Below, piece after piece: positions 59,937 to 64,000 of a DNA stretch of 64,000 nucleotides (position 1 is the stretch's first letter; each line of letters opens with the position of its first letter). This stretch comes from an uncultured delta proteobacterium (GTDB lineage Bacteria > Desulfobacterota > Binatia > UBA9968), in the NCBI GenBank assembly GCA_963840855.1, contig CAWJBB010000021.1:1-64000 (forward strand). Direction: 5' to 3'. The notes beneath the pieces are model-generated. The model was not told the origin of the DNA, made no database searches, and was given only the letters and a program-made list of their open reading frames with translations. A program made the translations under genes and the position numbers.

Positions 59937-60387
59937 CGTTTAAGACTGTCGAGCTGATTGACGCAGCTTCCGAATAATCGATCGGGTTGGACTCGTTGTA
60001 TTTTGGCCCCTGCATTCCGCTTCGTTTGAGATAATTAATTAGGTGCTCGATCATTGCTCGACAGAGCGCTTGAAGAATTTCAGCAAGTCTGTCGGATTCA
60101 TTCTGTTGCGATGATATTCTTGATCAACAGCCACATACAGTTGCGAGCGAACTTCGCCGCAGGATCCTTTCGCGACATAGAGAAATTGGATGAATTCTTG
60201 ATTTCCGCCGCGTTCAAACCCTTCAGCAATGTTTGACATGATAGAAATTGCCGCGCGTTGGATTTGATCCCGCGAAGACTAAAATCCTTTGAAAATTTTG
60301 GCGCTAGAAGTTAACGGTAGATTTCTTGTCGTTAAACGGCGCGCCTCTTTCCAGATTTCCAAATCTTCGAAATGTTTTATCGTGCAT
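59893..60387 (-). CDS. Four helix bundle protein (23S rRNA IVS protein / Avd-like family), frameshifted
   Basis: GGAGG RBS; [64 protein letters not shown]. The stop position is approximate. Confidence 0.88.
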
Positions 60388-60408
60388 AGGACCTCCAGAT
60401 GAAACGTC

Positions 60409-60489
60409 GGTTCAAACGATTAGTGCAACGTTTCGAAGTGACTCCGGTTTCGGATTCCGGGTTTAACCTTGAACGTTGAACCTTGAACT
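60409..60489. repeat. TTGAAC heptamer array between lexA stop and four-helix-bundle gene
   Basis: GTTTAAC-CTTGAAC-GTTGAAC-CTTGAAC at 60461-60488, plus one GTTCAAAC at 60410. Confidence 0.8.
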
Positions 60490-60492
60490 GCT

Positions 60493-61101
60493 CTAGAATT
60501 TTCTCAGCAGCCCGACTATTTTACCCACAATGCGAAATTCTCCTTGCGAAAGCATAATTGGAGCGTATTTATCATTCTCCGCTTTGAGCGTGATGACGCC
60601 GCCTTTTTTGTAGAACCGCTTGAGTGTCGCTTCGCCTTCGATCAAGGCGCAGATGATCTCGCCGTTTTCCGCCGTACCTTGCTGCTTGACGATCACCCGG
60701 TCGCCGTCCAGGATACCGGCGCCGGTCATGCTGTCGCCTTTGACCTGGAGCGCGTAAAGCTTCCCCGATCCCATGTCGCTCGGTATGGTCAAAAGCCCTT
60801 CGATATTTTCTTCGCTGAGAAAGGGTTTGCCGGCGGGGATTCGTCCTAAAACCGGCACCTCGCGGGTGGCCGGCAAGACCGCTTTTCCCATAGCGTTGGC
60901 CATCTCAATGGCGCGTTTACCGACCCGGCGGATGTAGCCTTTCTTTTGCAGCGCTTTCAGATGATCGGCGACGCCGTTGGTGGAGGCGATCTTAAACTTG
61001 GCGCCGATCTCGGGAATCGACGGCGCATAGCCCTTCTCTCGGATCACGCGCAGCAAGAAGTCATAGATCTCTTTTTGCCTGGCAGTCAGTGTGGGAAGCA
61101 T
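60493..61101 (-). CDS. lexA: SOS repressor LexA
   Basis: LTARQKEIYDF, GYAPSIPEI, IPAG cleavage site, VKGDSM (Ser), ATLKRF (Lys). Confidence 0.95.
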   Translation of the reverse strand: MLPTLTARQKEIYDFLLRVIREKGYAPSIPEIGAKFKIASTNGVADHLKALQKKGYIRRVGKRAIEMANAMGKAVLPATREVPVLGRIPAGKPFLSEENIEGLLTIPSDMGSGKLYALQVKGDSMTGAGILDGDRVIVKQQGTAENGEIICALIEGEATLKRFYKKGGVITLKAENDKYAPIMLSQGEFRIVGKIVGLLRKF

Positions 61102-61108
61102 AAGAATC

Positions 61109-61137
61109 TATATACTGAAAATAATTTCAGGTGTCAA
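61109..61137 (-). promoter_or_regulatory. lexA promoter with palindromic candidate LexA operator (61115-61130)
   Basis: TTGACA-N17-TATATA-N7-ATG; the spacer holds CTGAAA-TTAT-TTTCAG. Confidence 0.75.
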
Positions 61138-61157
61138 GGACGCGGCGAAGCGCGCTG

Positions 61158-61299
61158 GTTCAAGCCGTTCAAAACGTTCCAAACGTTCAAGTCGTTAAAA
61201 CTAAGGTCGTTTAACGGCTTTAGTTCTCAACTATTTAAAAATCATTGAGTATTGAACGACCGAAACGGCTTGAACGATTTGAACACTGGAACTTTGAAC
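61158..61299. repeat. GTTCAA/TTGAAC nonamer hairpin
   Basis: GTTCAAGCC-GTTCAAAAC-GTTCCAAAC-GTTCAAGTC ... several TTGAAC units. Confidence 0.85.
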
Positions 61300-61318
61300 G
61301 GTAACGCGCGTCGACGCG

Positions 61319-62908
61319 TTAGACTTTCTTTCGTTGATGCGACAGGTAATCGACCAGGAGATACTCTCCCAGCCGATCGGGGCGAGTGTAAAAGGCGCGG
61401 CCCTTGTTGATGCGCGTGAGATCGTCGACGAACCCCCGAAGAACCGGGCTATCGTCGAGCATGAAGGTATTGATGGTGATGCCTTTGCGCGTGATGCGCT
61501 CGGCTTCTTTTAAAGTCTCTTCGGCGGCGCGCTGGCTGATGCCACCGAAGCTTAAAGGCCATTCGCAATAGAGCCGTCCCTGACGGCAGTAAGCGGTCGG
61601 TTGACCGTCGGTTATCACGATCATCTGCTGGTTCTGGCTGGGACGCCGTTCGAGCATTTGGGCAGCCAGATGCAACCCGTCCTGCAAGTTCGTGAATGGA
61701 TCGCCCATGTTCCAGGTCGCCTGGGGCAGGTCCTTGGCCTTCAACTCCACCGCCCGGGTGAAAAATCCGACGATGCCAAAATAGTCGCGCGGGTGCAGCG
61801 AGCGCACCAGGCTCTCCATAGCGAGGGCCACTTTTTTGGCCGCCGCAAAACGCCCTTCCCAGCTCATCGACCAGCTCATATCCAAAAGCAGCACGGTGGC
61901 CGCCCTGGTCGTGTGCTCGGACTCATAGACCGCAAAATCCTTTGGTCCGATGCGCACCGGCACGCCACCGCCGCGCAGCAGGGCGTTTTTCAGCGTCTGG
62001 ATCATGTTGATGCGAAAGGGGTCGCCCTGAACGTAGGGCCGGCTGTTTTCGGTGAGAAACTCCTGGCTGCCGCGATTGCGTGTCGAGTGGCGCCCCATGC
62101 CGTCGCGGCGCAGTTGCTGGTAAATATCTCTCAGCGCCAGCTGGCCGACGCGCCGGACGCCTTTAGGGGTTAGCTCGAAGCGCTCGCCCTGCTCCAAGAC
62201 GTAGCCGCCCTCTTCGAGCAGTGACTGCATGCGCATCACCCCTTCGAAGTCCTGTTTGGGATCGCCGCCGAGAAGTTTTTCCAGCAGCTCTTTGTCGACA
62301 TCCTTAAGCTGCATGCTGGAGAGCTGCCCTTCCAAACGGCGCAGATCCTCCATGTGCTCCATGAGTTCCCCGGACTGCTCGAAGGGAACCGGCGTCTGGC
62401 CGCGAAACAGACTGCCTTCGCGGCGCAGCCAATTTTCCAGCTTGCGAATCTGCTCGAGCTGCATCAAGAGCTGCTCAAATTGCTTTGCCGCGTCGGCGTT
62501 TTCAAAACGGTAGGATGTCAGTTTTTCTACCGCGTCGCTGACTTTGCCGGGAAGATCGTTCAAAAACTGTTGCTTGGATTGCGTGTCTTGGCCGGCTTCA
62601 CTGAGCTCGTCGAGGGTCTGGCGCTCCTGATCGACGATCGACTCCAGCTGTTCCTGCGCTTCGTCCATGGCGGACTGGAGCCGGTACTCGTCGTAGAGCT
62701 TGCGCATCTCCTTGGCGATTTGAGCCAGAAGATCGTCAATTCCCTTGGTCTGTTTTTCTCCCTGCTTGATGCCTTTTTGCATCAAGCGGCGCATCGCCTG
62801 CTGTAGATCGCCGGTGTCGTTCATGTAGTCGTTGAGCTGGTCGAACACCGAGTCGGGATCGAGACCGTCTCTGAGGCTGGCGTCCCAACGGCTGTATCGA
62901 ATGTGCAT
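61319..62908 (-). CDS. von Willebrand factor A domain protein
   Basis: YSRWD start; MIDAS LLLDMSWSM, TNLQDGL, ITDGQPTA. Confidence 0.9.
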   Translation of the reverse strand: MHIRYSRWDASLRDGLDPDSVFDQLNDYMNDTGDLQQAMRRLMQKGIKQGEKQTKGIDDLLAQIAKEMRKLYDEYRLQSAMDEAQEQLESIVDQERQTLDELSEAGQDTQSKQQFLNDLPGKVSDAVEKLTSYRFENADAAKQFEQLLMQLEQIRKLENWLRREGSLFRGQTPVPFEQSGELMEHMEDLRRLEGQLSSMQLKDVDKELLEKLLGGDPKQDFEGVMRMQSLLEEGGYVLEQGERFELTPKGVRRVGQLALRDIYQQLRRDGMGRHSTRNRGSQEFLTENSRPYVQGDPFRINMIQTLKNALLRGGGVPVRIGPKDFAVYESEHTTRAATVLLLDMSWSMSWEGRFAAAKKVALAMESLVRSLHPRDYFGIVGFFTRAVELKAKDLPQATWNMGDPFTNLQDGLHLAAQMLERRPSQNQQMIVITDGQPTAYCRQGRLYCEWPLSFGGISQRAAEETLKEAERITRKGITINTFMLDDSPVLRGFVDDLTRINKGRAFYTRPDRLGEYLLVDYLSHQRKKV

Positions 62909-62948
62909 CGTGAGAACCGGTGTCCTGAGCCTTACTCACTACCCAGAA

Positions 62949-64000
62949 CTACTTGCCGTAGGTGGCCCGACCACCTTCTACTTCTTTATTCAATTTTTGG
63001 TGCAAGTGGAGCCCTTCAAGGACGAATTCAGTGGCGGACGCCATCAGCGACGGTGATTCTTGAATGCCGAGATTGCGGATCGCCTCCTTGAGACCGGGGA
63101 TTTCCTTGATCCCTTCCAAATAATCCTGTGACGCCATCTGGTCCGACACTTCCACGCCCCAGCCGGCGTTGAAGTATTCCACGACTTTTTGCAGCGAATT
63201 GAGACTGAAGTGCTGATCGAAGACCTTCACGATGGAGCGGTTGAGGAGCTTCTCCACCAACTCGCCTTCCTTCTTGTCCTCGCCGACATACTCGATCTCG
63301 ATTTTGCCGGTGGTGGACGCCAGCAGGGCGTGAAGATCGCTGATGCGCGGGACGATGTCGTTTTCCTTCAGGCGTAGCGCGCGCTTTTCGGCGTTGCTGA
63401 TCAAGCTTTCGTAGTTGTTGATCGTGACGCGCACGCTGACGCCGGACGACTGATTGATCTCGTTGGACTTGCGCGCCTCGAAGGTCAGGCAGCCGAGGAT
63501 CTCCTTCATGAAGCCCGGCACTTCCACTTTCCGGCTGCGCTTGTCCGTGGGACCGGCTTCCTGTTCCATGATCGCGAGCTCGTCGCCGATGTTCTTCGGG
63601 TAGTGCGTGCGAATCTGCATGTCGAAGCGGTCCTTGAGGGGCGTGATGATTCTACCCCGGCTGGTGTAATCCTCGGGGTTGGCGCTCGCCACGATGACCA
63701 CATCCAGGGGCAGGCGGATCTTGTAGCCTTTTATCTGAACGTCTTTTTCCTCCATCAGGTTGAACAAGCCGACCTGGACTTTTTCCGTCAGGTCGGGCAG
63801 CTCGTTGATGGCGAACACACCGCGGTTGGTGCGCGGCACGAGGCCGTAATGGATCGTTTCTTCGTCCGCGAGATAACGCCCCTCGGCGACTTTGATGGGA
63901 TCGATCTCGCCGACGAGATCGGCGATGGAAACATCCGGGGTGGCGAGCTTTTCGCCGTAGCGGGCGTCGCGGTCGATCCACTCGATGGGCAAACCATCGC
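62949..64000 (-). CDS. Mg-chelatase/MoxR-like AAA+ ATPase (5' end outside window)
   Basis: EKLATPD, RTNRGVFAINELPDL, ASANPEDYTSRGRIITPLKDRF; paired with the vWA gene. Confidence 0.9.
   Translation of the reverse strand, partial: DGLPIEWIDRDARYGEKLATPDVSIADLVGEIDPIKVAEGRYLADEETIHYGLVPRTNRGVFAINELPDLTEKVQVGLFNLMEEKDVQIKGYKIRLPLDVVIVASANPEDYTSRGRIITPLKDRFDMQIRTHYPKNIGDELAIMEQEAGPTDKRSRKVEVPGFMKEILGCLTFEARKSNEINQSSGVSVRVTINNYESLISNAEKRALRLKENDIVPRISDLHALLASTTGKIEIEYVGEDKKEGELVEKLLNRSIVKVFDQHFSLNSLQKVVEYFNAGWGVEVSDQMASQDYLEGIKEIPGLKEAIRNLGIQESPSLMASATEFVLEGLHLHQKLNKEVEGGRATYGK

Noticed and set aside
59893-60387. Diversity-generating retroelement (Avd-like gene)
   Set aside because: No reverse transcriptase and no TR/VR pair differing at adenines was seen in the window.
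59862-60489. rRNA intervening sequence
   Set aside because: The flanks are lexA and imuA; no rRNA sequence is present.
61158-61299. GTTC-N7-GTTC alphaproteobacterial LexA boxes near lexA
   Set aside because: GTTC recurs at 7 or 9 nt period rather than 11, and the same tracts occur beside unrelated genes.
61319-64000. vWA + AAA ATPase pair as a novel system
   Set aside because: A common, widely distributed chaperone-like pairing, with nothing unusual visible here.

Overview
Bacterial, GC-rich window whose gene content resembles Candidatus Binatia/Deltaproteobacteria (inference, not verified). Bases 1-46,000 are mostly transport and catabolic genes. They include about a dozen solute-binding proteins (mostly orphan), MFS transporters, UbiD, a Rieske oxygenase, a Mo-hydroxylase, two MmgE/PrpD proteins, cupins and an amidohydrolase. 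The ORF track misses a UxxC selenoprotein at 3044-3616. Bases ~46,150-55,970 are a decaying minus-strand integron with about 12 intact, variant or half attC sites. Its intI is internally deleted and co-oriented with the cassettes. It lies downstream of a lexA - four-helix-bundle - imuA - imuB - tcmP - DUF5131 run that lacks dnaE2 and has a candidate LexA operator. A second, diverged copy of the promoter-attI platform sits at ~27.0-27.2 kb on the plus strand, in front of aqpZ and an SDR that carry possible attC half-sites. Many intergenic gaps hold hairpins built from 7-9 nt tandem units, and such arms also bracket the four-helix-bundle gene. Frequent single-base frameshifts suggest sequencing indels. 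No rRNA, tRNA or CRISPR was seen.
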